DNA of 60,562 nt from an uncultured bacterium (GTDB lineage Bacteria; Pseudomonadota; Alphaproteobacteria; SP197). The stretch is from the NCBI GenBank assembly GCA_938014945.1, contig CALLQH010000188.1:1-60562 (forward strand), read 5' to 3'. A model generated the notes under the pieces. The model was not told the DNA's origin. It made no database searches and worked only from the letters and a program-made list of their open reading frames with translations. The position numbers and the translations under genes were made by a program. Shown one piece after another: positions 1 to 8,902 of the stretch (position 1 is its first letter; each line of letters begins with the position of its first letter).

Positions 1-282
1 GCGTTGATCGTCAATACCTCGCGCGGCGAGGTGATCGACGAGCAGGCGCTCACGCGCATGCTGCGCGGCAACGAGATCGCCGGCGCCGGCCTCGACGTCT
101 TCGAGCACGAGCCCGCGGTGAATCCGAAGCTGCTCAACCTCGGCAACGTGGTGCTGCTGCCCCACATGGGCTCGGCCACCATCGAGGGCCGCGTCGACAT
201 GGGCGAAAAGGTGCTGATCAACATCAAGACCTTCGTCGACGGCCACAAGCCGCCCGACCGCGTGATCGACACCCTCCTCTAG
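1..282 (+). CDS. D-isomer-specific 2-hydroxyacid dehydrogenase family protein (glyoxylate/hydroxypyruvate reductase-like), 3' fragment cut by the window start
   Basis: The ORF is open to position 1 and stops at TAG 280-282. NTSRGEVIDEQAL...GAGLDVFEHEP...LLPHMGSAT is the conserved C-terminal catalytic region (R/E/H) of this family. Confidence 0.85.
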   Translation, partial: ALIVNTSRGEVIDEQALTRMLRGNEIAGAGLDVFEHEPAVNPKLLNLGNVVLLPHMGSATIEGRVDMGEKVLINIKTFVDGHKPPDRVIDTLL

Positions 283-289
283 TTCCATC

Positions 290-2167
290 ATGGCCGAGAC
301 GTCGCGTTCCATGAGCCTGGCCGATGCGCAGGCTCTGGCGGGCGAACACGCGCGCGCCGGGCGCACGCAGGAGGCCGAGAAGCTGTGCCGCGCGATCCTG
401 GCGGCCAGCCCCGACCACATCCCGGCCCTCCACCTGCTCGCTCTCCTCCTCAAGAACACCGGGCGCGAGGCCGAAGCCCGCAGCACCCTGGAGCGCGCCC
501 GCACCCTGGCGCCGGACCTGCCCCTGATCGCCGCCGATCTCGCCGTCATGGAACTCGGCGCGGCCCAGCCCCAGGCTGCCGAAACCTCCCGCGCCGCGCT
601 CGCCCTGCCCCGTCTCGACGGCGCCCAGGCCATGCGCATCGCGCGTGCCGCCGAGGAAAAGAAACAGCCCGCACTCGCCGAGGAAGCCTGGCGCACCGCC
701 ATCGACCGCGGCGCCGACGGCGCGGCGGCCTGGTCGGGCCTTGCCCGTGTTCTCGAACGCACGGACCGGCTGGACGAGGCGCGCGAGGCCTGCGACCGGG
801 CGATCGCCGCCGGCGCGGGCGACGGCCTGCGGTTCCGCCGCGCCACCATGCTGCCGTCGGTCTACGACTCGGCCCAACACGTGGCGGCCGCGCGGCGCGA
901 TTTCACCGCCGGGCTGGAGCGGCTGCGCAGCGAGGGCCTCTCCCTGCCCGACCCCGCCGCATCGATCACGCGCATCGCCTTCAACCTCGCCTACCAGGGC
1001 TGCAACGACCGGGACCTGATGGTCGAACTCGCCGCCCTCTTCCGCGCCGCCGCGCCGGTGCTGTCGTTTGAAGCGCCTAATGCCGGCGCGCCGCGCGGCA
1101 CGGGCCGCATGAAACTCGGCTTCGTCTCGCGCTTTCTCTACGAGCAGACCGTGGGCAGCCTGATGGAGGGGCTGATCGCGGGCATCGACCGCACCCGTTT
1201 CGAGGTCCACGTCTTCGCCCCGCCGCGCCCGGGCGATCCGACCTGGGAGCGCATCGCGGCGGCGGCCGAGCATGTCCATGCTCTGCCGGGCAGGCTGGCC
1301 CCGGCCCAGCAGGTGCTGGCCGCGCCGCAGCTCGACGCCCTGGTCTTCGCAGGCGTCGGCATGGACAGCTTTCTCTATTTCCTCGCTCACGGCCGTTACG
1401 CCCGCCTGCAGGCCGTCACATGGGGCCATCCGGTGACCACGGGGCTGCCCAGCCAGGACCTCTACCTCTCGGCCCGCGCTGCCGAGACGGCCGATGCCGA
1501 CAGCCACTACAGCGAAACCCTGGTGCGCCTCGATGCGCCCTCGATCCGCTACGGGCGGCCCAGGGGCGATCCGGCACGCAACAGCCGGGCGGCCTTCAAC
1601 CTGCCCGAGGGCGGCACGCTCTACGGCTGCCTGCAGACGGTCTTCAAGTACCACCCCGATTTCGACGGCGTGCTGCGCGCGGTGCTCGACGGCGATCCCC
1701 GGGCTCATCTGGTGCTGCTGACCGACACCGCCGATCCGCTCTACGAGAGGCTGCGTGCCCGGCTGACCAAGAGCCTCGGCCCGGCGGCGCGGCGCACGGT
1801 GATGATTCCCCACATGGCCCGGCCCGCCTTCCAGAGCCTGCTCGGGCAGATCGACGTGCTGCTCGACCCCCTGCACTTCGGCGGTGGCCAGACGACCCTG
1901 GAGGCGATCGCCGCCGGCACGCCGGTGATCACCCTCCCCGCGCCCTACCGGCGCGGACGCCTGAGCCTTGCCTATCTGACGCAAGCCGGCGTTACCGACA
2001 CGGTGGCAAGCGACATCCCCGATTATGTGACCAAGGCGCTGGCGCTGGGCCGCGACCCGGTCGCGCGGGCGGGTCTCGCCCAGCGATTGCGGCGCGGCGC
2101 CGGTGCGGTCTTCGACAACGATGCCGCCGTGCGTGAGTTCGAGAACGTGATGCTGGATGCCCGATGA
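290..2167 (+). CDS. TPR-repeat protein with a C-terminal GT41 (OGT/SPINDLY-like) glycosyltransferase domain
   Basis: 625-aa ORF. The N-terminus has TPR-like helices (AEKLCRAILAASPDHIPALHLLALLL...). The C-terminal half shows GT41-type motifs (WGHPVTTGLPSQDLYLS, HYSETLVRL, LDPLHFGGGQTTLEAIAAGTPVITLP). Confidence 0.8.
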   Translation: MAETSRSMSLADAQALAGEHARAGRTQEAEKLCRAILAASPDHIPALHLLALLLKNTGREAEARSTLERARTLAPDLPLIAADLAVMELGAAQPQAAETSRAALALPRLDGAQAMRIARAAEEKKQPALAEEAWRTAIDRGADGAAAWSGLARVLERTDRLDEAREACDRAIAAGAGDGLRFRRATMLPSVYDSAQHVAAARRDFTAGLERLRSEGLSLPDPAASITRIAFNLAYQGCNDRDLMVELAALFRAAAPVLSFEAPNAGAPRGTGRMKLGFVSRFLYEQTVGSLMEGLIAGIDRTRFEVHVFAPPRPGDPTWERIAAAAEHVHALPGRLAPAQQVLAAPQLDALVFAGVGMDSFLYFLAHGRYARLQAVTWGHPVTTGLPSQDLYLSARAAETADADSHYSETLVRLDAPSIRYGRPRGDPARNSRAAFNLPEGGTLYGCLQTVFKYHPDFDGVLRAVLDGDPRAHLVLLTDTADPLYERLRARLTKSLGPAARRTVMIPHMARPAFQSLLGQIDVLLDPLHFGGGQTTLEAIAAGTPVITLPAPYRRGRLSLAYLTQAGVTDTVASDIPDYVTKALALGRDPVARAGLAQRLRRGAGAVFDNDAAVREFENVMLDAR

Positions 2168-2232
2168 ACATCCCGGAGACCGCCCGGGCGGGAAAAACGT
2201 GCGCGCCGCGGATTCGGCCTTAGACTGCGTCC

Positions 2233-2901
2233 ATGGCCAGAACAAAACCAAGAGGCAGAGGCCCCGGCCGGCCCCGCCAGGAACCCGCCCTGGGCGAGCC
2301 GGACCGGCGTGAGCAGCTCTGCACGGCTGCTCTCGATCTCTTCGCCGAATCCGGCTTCGCCCACGTCTCGGTGAAGCAGATCGCGGCGCGCGCCGGCGTC
2401 GACCCCGCGCTCATCTACTACTACTTCGCGGGCAAGGAGGATCTCTTTGCCGCCGCCGTCGGCCATGCGGTGGAGACCGGTTATGCCGTCTTCAAGCGGC
2501 TGGCCGGCGACGGCGACGATCCGGTGAAGACCCTGTCCGCCTGGCTCGACGTGCAGGAGGCGCCGGGCAGCACGATCCCGAAGATGGCGCGCCTGGGGCT
2601 CGACTACCGCCGTTCGGGGGCCTCCATTCCCGCGGTCGATGCTGCGCTGAAACGTTTCTACGACGAGGAGCGGCGCATGCTCATGCGCGTGGTGCGCACG
2701 GGGCTGGCGCGCGGCCTGTTCCACGACGTCGAACCCGGCCCCTTCGCGCGTTTCGTCTCGACCTATCTCGACGGCGTCACGGTGCGCACGGTGGTGCTGG
2801 ACGAAAGCGGACCCGCCGCCGTCGACCGCTTCCGTGTCGAGATGTGGCGCCGCCTGGGCCTGAAGAATCCGCCGCGCCGCAAGAAATTCATTGCCGGTTG
2901 A
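2233..2901 (+). CDS. TetR/AcrR family transcriptional regulator
   Basis: The N-terminal HTH signature is LCTAALDLFAESGFAHVSVKQIAARAGVDPALIYYYFAGKEDLF. Length is 222 aa with high GC3. Confidence 0.9.
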   Translation: MARTKPRGRGPGRPRQEPALGEPDRREQLCTAALDLFAESGFAHVSVKQIAARAGVDPALIYYYFAGKEDLFAAAVGHAVETGYAVFKRLAGDGDDPVKTLSAWLDVQEAPGSTIPKMARLGLDYRRSGASIPAVDAALKRFYDEERRMLMRVVRTGLARGLFHDVEPGPFARFVSTYLDGVTVRTVVLDESGPAAVDRFRVEMWRRLGLKNPPRRKKFIAG

Positions 2902-2951
2902 ATAAAGCCGCGTCACCATCCCCGCCGAGGTCAGGCCAAGGGAGGCGTGGG

Positions 2952-3806
2952 ATGATCCGGCATTTCCAGGCGAGCGAGAGTCTCGATGCCATGATGGCGG
3001 CGCTGCAGGCCGACGGCGTCATCATCGTCGAGAACGTGGTGTCCCAGGCGGGCCTCGACGCCATGATGGACGATCTGAAAGAGGACATCGCAGAGGCGCC
3101 CGTCGGCGGCGGCGAGTTCTTCGGCGGCGCCATGCGGCGCATCCATGGCCTGGCGCGCCGCACCACGACCGTCGCCGACATCATTACCGCACCCGTCCTC
3201 ACCGGCCTTGGCGACCGCGTGCTGCTGGACAACTGCCGCAATTACCGCATCCAGGTACTGGGCCTGTTCCAGGTCTGGCAGGGCGGGCGGCTGCAGCCCC
3301 TGCACCGCGATATCGGCGTCTACGAGCCCTATGTGCTGCGCGAACCCGGGGGCAAGGAAATCCTGCTCTCGTGGATCGTTGCGGTGAGCGACTTCACGGC
3401 TGCCAACGGCGCTACACGCATCGTGCCCGGCAGCCACACCTGGCCGCGCGAGCGCATCGCGCGCGAGGAGGAAATCGTCCAGGCGGAAATGCCGCGCGGT
3501 TCGGCGGTGGTCTATCTGGGGTCGGTGCTGCACGGCGCGGCGATCAACACCACGGATGAGCCGCGCAGCGCCATCGTCTCGGGCTATGCCGTGGGCTGGC
3601 TGCGCCAGGAGGAAAGCCAGCTTCTCGATTGCCCGCCCGAAGCCGCCGCGCGCCTGCCGCTGGCCGCACGCCAGCTTCTGGGCTACCGCGCCCACGCGCC
3701 GATCCTGGGCTGGGCCGAAAACCGCGATCCCGACGACCTGCTCGCCGAGCGCGAGCCCGATGTCGAGGCCGAGGGCTACAAGGTGCAGAGCCTGCAGAAC
3801 GTCTGA
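2952..3806 (+). CDS. Phytanoyl-CoA dioxygenase (PhyH) family Fe(II)/2-oxoglutarate oxygenase
   Basis: The internal ATG at 2952 is preceded by AAGGGAGG. The upstream part of ORF 2844-3806 overlaps the TetR gene. PhyH-like motifs are present: LQPLHRDIG (HxD) and ANGATRIVPGSH. Confidence 0.8.
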   Translation: MIRHFQASESLDAMMAALQADGVIIVENVVSQAGLDAMMDDLKEDIAEAPVGGGEFFGGAMRRIHGLARRTTTVADIITAPVLTGLGDRVLLDNCRNYRIQVLGLFQVWQGGRLQPLHRDIGVYEPYVLREPGGKEILLSWIVAVSDFTAANGATRIVPGSHTWPRERIAREEEIVQAEMPRGSAVVYLGSVLHGAAINTTDEPRSAIVSGYAVGWLRQEESQLLDCPPEAAARLPLAARQLLGYRAHAPILGWAENRDPDDLLAEREPDVEAEGYKVQSLQNV

Positions 3807-3810
3807 AGAC

Positions 3811-4794
3811 TCAGGCGGCCCTGGGGCGCTCGAAACGGCCGGGGAACTCGTTGATCAGGTGGCCGGCATAGGTCACCGGCGTCGTGCTGTCGGGCGGCAG
3901 GACCATGGCGTCGAAATCGGGCTCGACGAAAAGGCCGAGCGACAGGCGCTCCTGGCCGCCGCCGGCCACCCGGTGCGGCGTCGCCTCGATCAGGCCGCCG
4001 GTCATCGCCTTCAGCAGGTCGCCGCAGTGGACCGACAGCCCGTCGGCCACGGCCGGCACCTCGCGCCAGACACCGTCGCGGCCCTGCATCTGCAGGCCAC
4101 CGTTTTCGTCCTGCCACAGGATCGACATGACGCCGGTATCGATGTGCCGCTGGGTGCGGATGCGCCGGCCCAGCTCGTCGGCATAGTCCCTTGGCGTGCC
4201 CTTTTCCCTGGGCATGTAGTCGTCGGGCGTCTCGAAGTAGTGCAGCAGGCGCAGGGTGCCGTTGCCCTTCAGGCAGGGGGCAACCATGGCCTCCTCATCC
4301 CGTCCGGTGTGCCGCGCGATGGCGCGCAGAACCGCCAGGGCAAGGCCGTGGGCCGTTGCGAAATAGTCGAGGGTTTCCTGCTTCCAGCCGGCATGGGGTT
4401 CGCGCGCGGGCCAGGGGGTGTGCTCGCGGAAGCCGTCGGCGCCGGCGATGTCGGGCACATGGCCGGGAACCGCCGGGCCGATGTCGAGCGTCTCGTTGTA
4501 GGCGAAACCCTGCTTGTCGAGCAGGGGGTAGTAGCCGCGGTAGATGTTCTCGTTTTCGGGCCGCGCCCGGCAGGTGGCGATGGCTTCCTTCACGTCGCCG
4601 GGAAGCTTGAAGAAATCGAGCACGCGCCAGGCCGCGTCGTCGTTGCCGCGTGCACCGGCAAAGCCCGTGGCCACGAAGCTGCCCTCTGTGGCAAGCGTCG
4701 CGACGACCTGTGCGTCGAGCGCGCGGGTGTCGCAGCCCTGCTCGAAGAGGGGTGCGACATCGATGACGGTGGTGGGGTCGAAGCGGTCGGGCAT
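3811..4794 (-). CDS. 2OG-Fe(II) oxygenase (isopenicillin N synthase-like) family protein
   Basis: 327-aa ORF with GTLRLLHYF, QRHIDTGVMSILWQD (HxD) and LIEATPHRV (distal His plus Arg). It is convergent with the PhyH gene, leaving a 4-nt gap. Confidence 0.8.
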   Translation of the reverse strand: MPDRFDPTTVIDVAPLFEQGCDTRALDAQVVATLATEGSFVATGFAGARGNDDAAWRVLDFFKLPGDVKEAIATCRARPENENIYRGYYPLLDKQGFAYNETLDIGPAVPGHVPDIAGADGFREHTPWPAREPHAGWKQETLDYFATAHGLALAVLRAIARHTGRDEEAMVAPCLKGNGTLRLLHYFETPDDYMPREKGTPRDYADELGRRIRTQRHIDTGVMSILWQDENGGLQMQGRDGVWREVPAVADGLSVHCGDLLKAMTGGLIEATPHRVAGGGQERLSLGLFVEPDFDAMVLPPDSTTPVTYAGHLINEFPGRFERPRAA

Positions 4795-4953
4795 GGGGGC
4801 ATCCGGATGGTGGGCGGCGAAGCCTGCGATTGTCGCCGATGGGGGTCAAGGCCTGCTGCTGCGGGGCTGCAGCCACGCTGCGGCGGAAGATGCAATTGCC
4901 TCCCGGCGCACCTAAACTGTTGCTCGAGGGGGCGTATGGCACAGGATTCGGCA

Positions 4954-6738
4954 ATGGGCGCGACGCGCAGGCTCGTGGCGATCTTCTATGCCGATGTCGC
5001 CGGCTACAGCCGGCTGACGGGGGTGGACGAGGAAGGCACGCACCGCCGCGTCATGGCGCTGCTCGATGATGCAACGGCGCGCATCGGCGCGGCCGGCGGC
5101 ACCGTGCTGCGTTATGCGGGCGATGCGATCCTGGCGACCTTTCCCAGCGTCGTGCTGGCGGTCGAGACCTCCGCGGCGATCCAGACGGCGCTCGCCGAAG
5201 GACAGGCAGAAGTCGCCGACGATGCGCGGGTGGCGATCCGCATCGGCATCCATCCGGGCGACGTGATCGAGGACCGGGGCGAGGTCTTCGGCGAAGGCGT
5301 CAACCTTGCCGCCCGGCTGGAGGCCGCGGCCGAGCCCGGCGGCATCTGCATTTCAGGCGCGGCCCACGAGCAGGTCGCGGGCAAGGCCTCGGTCGTCTTC
5401 CGCGACGGCGGCGAGCAGAGCTTCAGGAACATTGCGCGCCCGGTGCGCGTGTGGTGCTGGTCGCCCGGTGCTGCTGCCGCACCGGCGGCGGGTGCACCGG
5501 CGCTTTCCGAGAAGCCGTCGATCGCGGTGCTGCCGTTCAACAACATGTCGGGCGATGCCGAGCAGGAGTACTTCTCCGACGGCATCACGGAAGACATCAT
5601 CACGGAGCTCTCGCGCTTCCGCTCCCTCCTGGTCATCGCGCGCAACTCGTCGTTCATCTTCAAGGGGCAGGCGTTCGACATCAGGGAAGCGGCTCGCACC
5701 CTGGGCGCGGCGTACGTCGTCGAGGGCAGCGTGCGCAAGGCGGGCAACCGGGTGCGCATCACCGCCCAGCTGATCGAGGCGGCGACCGGCAACCACCTGT
5801 GGGCCGAACGTTACGACCACGACCTCGAGGACATCTTCGCGGTCCAGGACAATGTCGTCGCGGCCATCGTCGCCGCGCTGCCGGTCCGGATCGAGCGCAC
5901 CCGCGCCGAACGCTCGCGGCAGGCCTCGATCGGCAGCCTGCCTGCCTATGACAGCATCCTGCGCGGCCGCTCGTACATCCAGGTCTACCGGAAGGAGCCT
6001 GCGCGGCTGGGCGAGGACGCCTTCGCCCATGCGATCGCGCTCGACCCCGACAACGCGCTGGCCCACGCCGGCATGGCGACGGTCTGCACCTACAGCTATT
6101 TCTGGGACAACCGGCCGGAGACGCTGGCACGCGGGCTCGAGCATGGGCAGCGGGCGGTTGCACTCGACCGGGACGAACCCGCGGCGCTCAGCGCCCTGGC
6201 CCTGGCGCTCTGCAAGAGCGGACGGTCGGACGAAGCGGTCCCCCTGATGCGGCGGGCCGTCGAACTTCTGCCCGGCAGCATGTACGAGCGCAGCATGCTT
6301 GGCGTCTGCCTGGCGCACAACGGCCGCCATGATGAAGCCCGGGCCCATCTCGAACGTGCTGTCGCGCTCGATCCACACGTGGGCGACTGGGCCTTCGAGT
6401 TCCTGGGTCACGCCAATTACTTCACGCACCGGTTCGCAGAGGCGGCCGCGGCCTACGGCCGCGTCCTCGATCCGCCGTCGTGGGTATGCGCCTACCACGC
6501 CGCCGCCTGCGCCATGAACGGCGACGTCGCGGCCGCACGGGAGCTGGGCGTGACCTATGCCCGCATTGCGCGCCGGGAAAGCGGCGAAAACATCTCGCTG
6601 GAGAGCGAGATACGCGATCAGATCAGAGACCTGAGGCTCTACAAGAGGACCGAGGACTCCGACCTGATGAGCGAGGGCTTCCGCCGGGCCGGACTGCCGG
6701 TGGACGGCGCGCTCTCGGCGACCGGCGCGAAACCATGA
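4954..6738 (+). CDS. Adenylate/guanylate cyclase (class III) with a TolB-N-like domain and C-terminal TPR repeats, paralog 1
   Basis: I chose ATG 4954 by alignment with paralog 2 (MGATRRLVAIFY vs MTATRRLVAIFY). An alternative ATG lies at 4936, behind GAGGGGG. Cyclase motifs are RLVAIFYADVAGYSRLTG, GDAILATF and FGEGVNLAARLE. The TolB_N-like motif is SIAVLPFNNMSGD..EQEYFSDGITEDIITELSR. TPR helices lie toward the C-terminus. Confidence 0.85.
   Translation: MGATRRLVAIFYADVAGYSRLTGVDEEGTHRRVMALLDDATARIGAAGGTVLRYAGDAILATFPSVVLAVETSAAIQTALAEGQAEVADDARVAIRIGIHPGDVIEDRGEVFGEGVNLAARLEAAAEPGGICISGAAHEQVAGKASVVFRDGGEQSFRNIARPVRVWCWSPGAAAAPAAGAPALSEKPSIAVLPFNNMSGDAEQEYFSDGITEDIITELSRFRSLLVIARNSSFIFKGQAFDIREAARTLGAAYVVEGSVRKAGNRVRITAQLIEAATGNHLWAERYDHDLEDIFAVQDNVVAAIVAALPVRIERTRAERSRQASIGSLPAYDSILRGRSYIQVYRKEPARLGEDAFAHAIALDPDNALAHAGMATVCTYSYFWDNRPETLARGLEHGQRAVALDRDEPAALSALALALCKSGRSDEAVPLMRRAVELLPGSMYERSMLGVCLAHNGRHDEARAHLERAVALDPHVGDWAFEFLGHANYFTHRFAEAAAAYGRVLDPPSWVCAYHAAACAMNGDVAAARELGVTYARIARRESGENISLESEIRDQIRDLRLYKRTEDSDLMSEGFRRAGLPVDGALSATGAKP
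5068..5448 (+). repeat. 381-nt tract identical to 6849-7229 (copy 1, inside cyclase paralog 1)
   Basis: Read base by base at a constant offset of 1781 nt. Both copies encode ATARIGAAGG...SFRNIARPVR. The flanking homologous sequence is clearly diverged. Confidence 0.9.
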
Positions 6739-8498
6739 CAGCAACGCGCCGCCTCGTTGCGATCTTCTACGCGGACGTGGCCGGCTACAGCCGCTTGACC
6801 GGCACCGACGAGGAAGGCACGCACCGGCGCGTGATGGCGCTGCTCGACGATGCAACGGCGCGCATCGGCGCGGCCGGCGGCACCGTGCTGCGTTATGCGG
6901 GCGATGCGATCCTGGCGACCTTTCCCAGCGTCGTGCTGGCGGTCGAGACCTCCGCGGCGATCCAGACGGCGCTCGCCGAAGGACAGGCAGAAGTCGCCGA
7001 CGATGCGCGGGTGGCGATCCGCATCGGCATCCATCCGGGCGACGTGATCGAGGACCGGGGCGAGGTCTTCGGCGAAGGCGTCAACCTTGCCGCCCGGCTG
7101 GAGGCCGCGGCCGAGCCCGGCGGCATCTGCATTTCAGGCGCGGCCCACGAGCAGGTCGCGGGCAAGGCCTCGGTCGTCTTCCGCGACGGCGGCGAGCAGA
7201 GCTTCAGGAACATTGCGCGCCCGGTGCGCATCCATCTCTGGTCTCCGCAGGCGCAGGGTGGCCCCGCCGCCGTGCCCAGCACTCTGGCGCTTCCGGACAA
7301 GCCGTCGGTGGCGGTGCTGCCGTTCACCAACATGTCGGGCGATCCCGAGCAGGAGTTTTTCTCCGACGGCATCTCCGAGGACATCATCACAGAGCTCTCG
7401 CGCTTCCGCTCGCTGTTCGTCATCGCGCGCAATTCCTCGTTCACGTTCAAGGGCCAGGCGGTCGACGTGAAGGAGGTCGGCACCAGGCTGGGCGTTGCCT
7501 ATGTGCTGGAGGGCAGCGTGCGCAAGGCGGGGTCGCGCGTGCGCATCACCGCGCAGCTGATCGAGGCCGCCACCGGCAACCACCTCTGGGCCGAGCGCTA
7601 CGACCGCGATCTCGAGGACATCTTCGCCGTGCAGGACGAGGTGGTGATGGCGATCGTCACCGCACTGGAACCCCAGCTCGGCAGTGTCGAGCGCCAGCGT
7701 GCCCGGCGCAGGCCGGCCGAAGGCATGGATGCCTGGGAAAGCCTGCAGCGCGGCTTCTGGCATCTCTACGGCTCGCAGGGTCAGCCCGACGAACTCGACC
7801 AGGCCGTCTCCTTCATGGAGCAGGCCGTCCAGCGCGGCCCGACCTTTGCCGCGGCCCATGCCGGCCTTGCCTTCACGCTTTACTATCGCTGGCTGTTCGG
7901 CGTGGCGGCCGATCCGGCGGGGGACGAGCGCAGGGCCTTCGACGCAGCGCGCAAGGCCGTCCAGCTCGACCCCGACGACCCCTTCGGCCATGTCGCCCTG
8001 GGCCGGGTTCACGTGATGCGCGCCGAGCACGAGGCGGCCATTGCGGATGCGCGGCGGGCCATCGCGCTCAACCCGAACTACGCCACGGCCTATTTCGGTC
8101 TGGCACACGCGCTCTGGCATGCCGGCCGTGCGGCGGAAGCGTTGCCGCACTACGACATGATGATCCGGCTGAGCCCGCGCGATCCGTTGATGTGGGCCTT
8201 CCTGGCCAGCCAGGCGATCGCGCTCGGCCTGGTCGGGCGTGCCGAGGAGGCGCTGGAAGCGGCCCGCGCTGCGCAGCGCCAGCCGGGCGCAACGATCTAT
8301 GCCAACATCGGCGAGCTCGCCGCTCTGGGCCATCTGGGGCGGCCGCGGGAAGCCGCGGACGCTCTCGCCCGGGCGCGCCAGCTCAAGCCCGACCTGTCGC
8401 TGGCGCTGATCCGCCGCACCCTGCCGATCAGCGATCCCGAGGTGATGGAGCGGTTCCAGGACACCCTGCGCAACGCCGGCGTGCCCGAGTCCGCCTGA
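6735..8498 (+). CDS. Adenylate/guanylate cyclase (class III) with a TolB-N-like domain and C-terminal TPR repeats, paralog 2
   Basis: ATG 6735 overlaps the stop of paralog 1 (ATGA). The domain order matches paralog 1, and the C-terminal TPR region is strongly diverged from it. Confidence 0.85.
   Translation: MTATRRLVAIFYADVAGYSRLTGTDEEGTHRRVMALLDDATARIGAAGGTVLRYAGDAILATFPSVVLAVETSAAIQTALAEGQAEVADDARVAIRIGIHPGDVIEDRGEVFGEGVNLAARLEAAAEPGGICISGAAHEQVAGKASVVFRDGGEQSFRNIARPVRIHLWSPQAQGGPAAVPSTLALPDKPSVAVLPFTNMSGDPEQEFFSDGISEDIITELSRFRSLFVIARNSSFTFKGQAVDVKEVGTRLGVAYVLEGSVRKAGSRVRITAQLIEAATGNHLWAERYDRDLEDIFAVQDEVVMAIVTALEPQLGSVERQRARRRPAEGMDAWESLQRGFWHLYGSQGQPDELDQAVSFMEQAVQRGPTFAAAHAGLAFTLYYRWLFGVAADPAGDERRAFDAARKAVQLDPDDPFGHVALGRVHVMRAEHEAAIADARRAIALNPNYATAYFGLAHALWHAGRAAEALPHYDMMIRLSPRDPLMWAFLASQAIALGLVGRAEEALEAARAAQRQPGATIYANIGELAALGHLGRPREAADALARARQLKPDLSLALIRRTLPISDPEVMERFQDTLRNAGVPESA
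6849..7229 (+). repeat. 381-nt tract identical to 5068-5448 (copy 2, inside cyclase paralog 2)
   Basis: Same observation as copy 1. The shadow ORFs in the track (5066-5266 vs 6850-7047; 5306.. vs 7087..) give identical peptides, which confirms the identity. Confidence 0.9.
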
Positions 8499-8506
8499 GG
8501 CGCAGG

Positions 8507-8902
8507 CTAGAGCGCGACGATCTGCCCGCTGCCCACGCTCTGGTAGAAGGTGACGAGTCCCGTCACCTCCACCCCCAGGTCCTCGCGCAGGGCCGATGGC
8601 GCGACGTCGCGCGCCTTCAGGCCCGCCTCGCAGACCAAGATCGCCACATCCATGGCGGCGCAGGCCTCCAGCAGGGTCTCGGTGTCGGCGACCTTGCGTT
8701 CCTTCAGGGCGTCGTCGCCCTCCGCGCCCGCCAGCCTGCGCCAGCCCGCATCGGCCTCGAGCAGGGGCACGGCGTCCATGGTGACGAACAGGGTGACGGG
8801 GCGGTCGATGGCGGCGGCCGAACTCGCCATCATCAGGGCGTAGTGGACCCGCGCCCATTCGCCCGAGAGCACGACGAGGCCGAGCGGCGTCGCGTCGCTC
8901 AT
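8507..8902 (-). CDS. DsrE/DsrF-like (DrsE_2-type) sulfur-relay family protein
   Basis: 131-aa ORF whose start overlaps the moeB-like stop (ATGA at 8899-8902). It has a DsrE-like alpha/beta pattern (LGLVVLSGEWARVHYALMMASSAA...VTLFVTMDAV...VAILVCEAGLKA) with a single candidate active-site Cys. Confidence 0.6.
   Translation of the reverse strand: MSDATPLGLVVLSGEWARVHYALMMASSAAAIDRPVTLFVTMDAVPLLEADAGWRRLAGAEGDDALKERKVADTETLLEACAAMDVAILVCEAGLKARDVAPSALREDLGVEVTGLVTFYQSVGSGQIVAL

Noticed and set aside
224-2251. 675-aa ORF antisense to the TPR-GT41 gene. There are many similar long antisense or out-of-frame ORFs, e.g. 5353-6855(-), 7134-9026(-), 14216-15865(+), 21990-24296(-), 24441-27005(-), 39505-42753(+), 45673-47940(-) and 57465-60014(+).
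   Set aside because: These are typical shadow ORFs of very GC-rich DNA. Their translations are Arg/Gly/Ala/Pro-rich low-complexity sequences with no recognisable motifs. Each fully overlaps a gene on the other strand that has strong family signatures and GC3 bias.
3556-4953. N-terminal roughly 466 codons of the 1060-aa ORF 3556-6738, which would make a giant cyclase.
   Set aside because: This part overlaps the well-supported PhyH and 2OG-oxygenase genes and translates to low-complexity sequence. The paralog alignment (MGATRRLVAIFY vs MTATRRLVAIFY) places the real start at 4954, or 4936.
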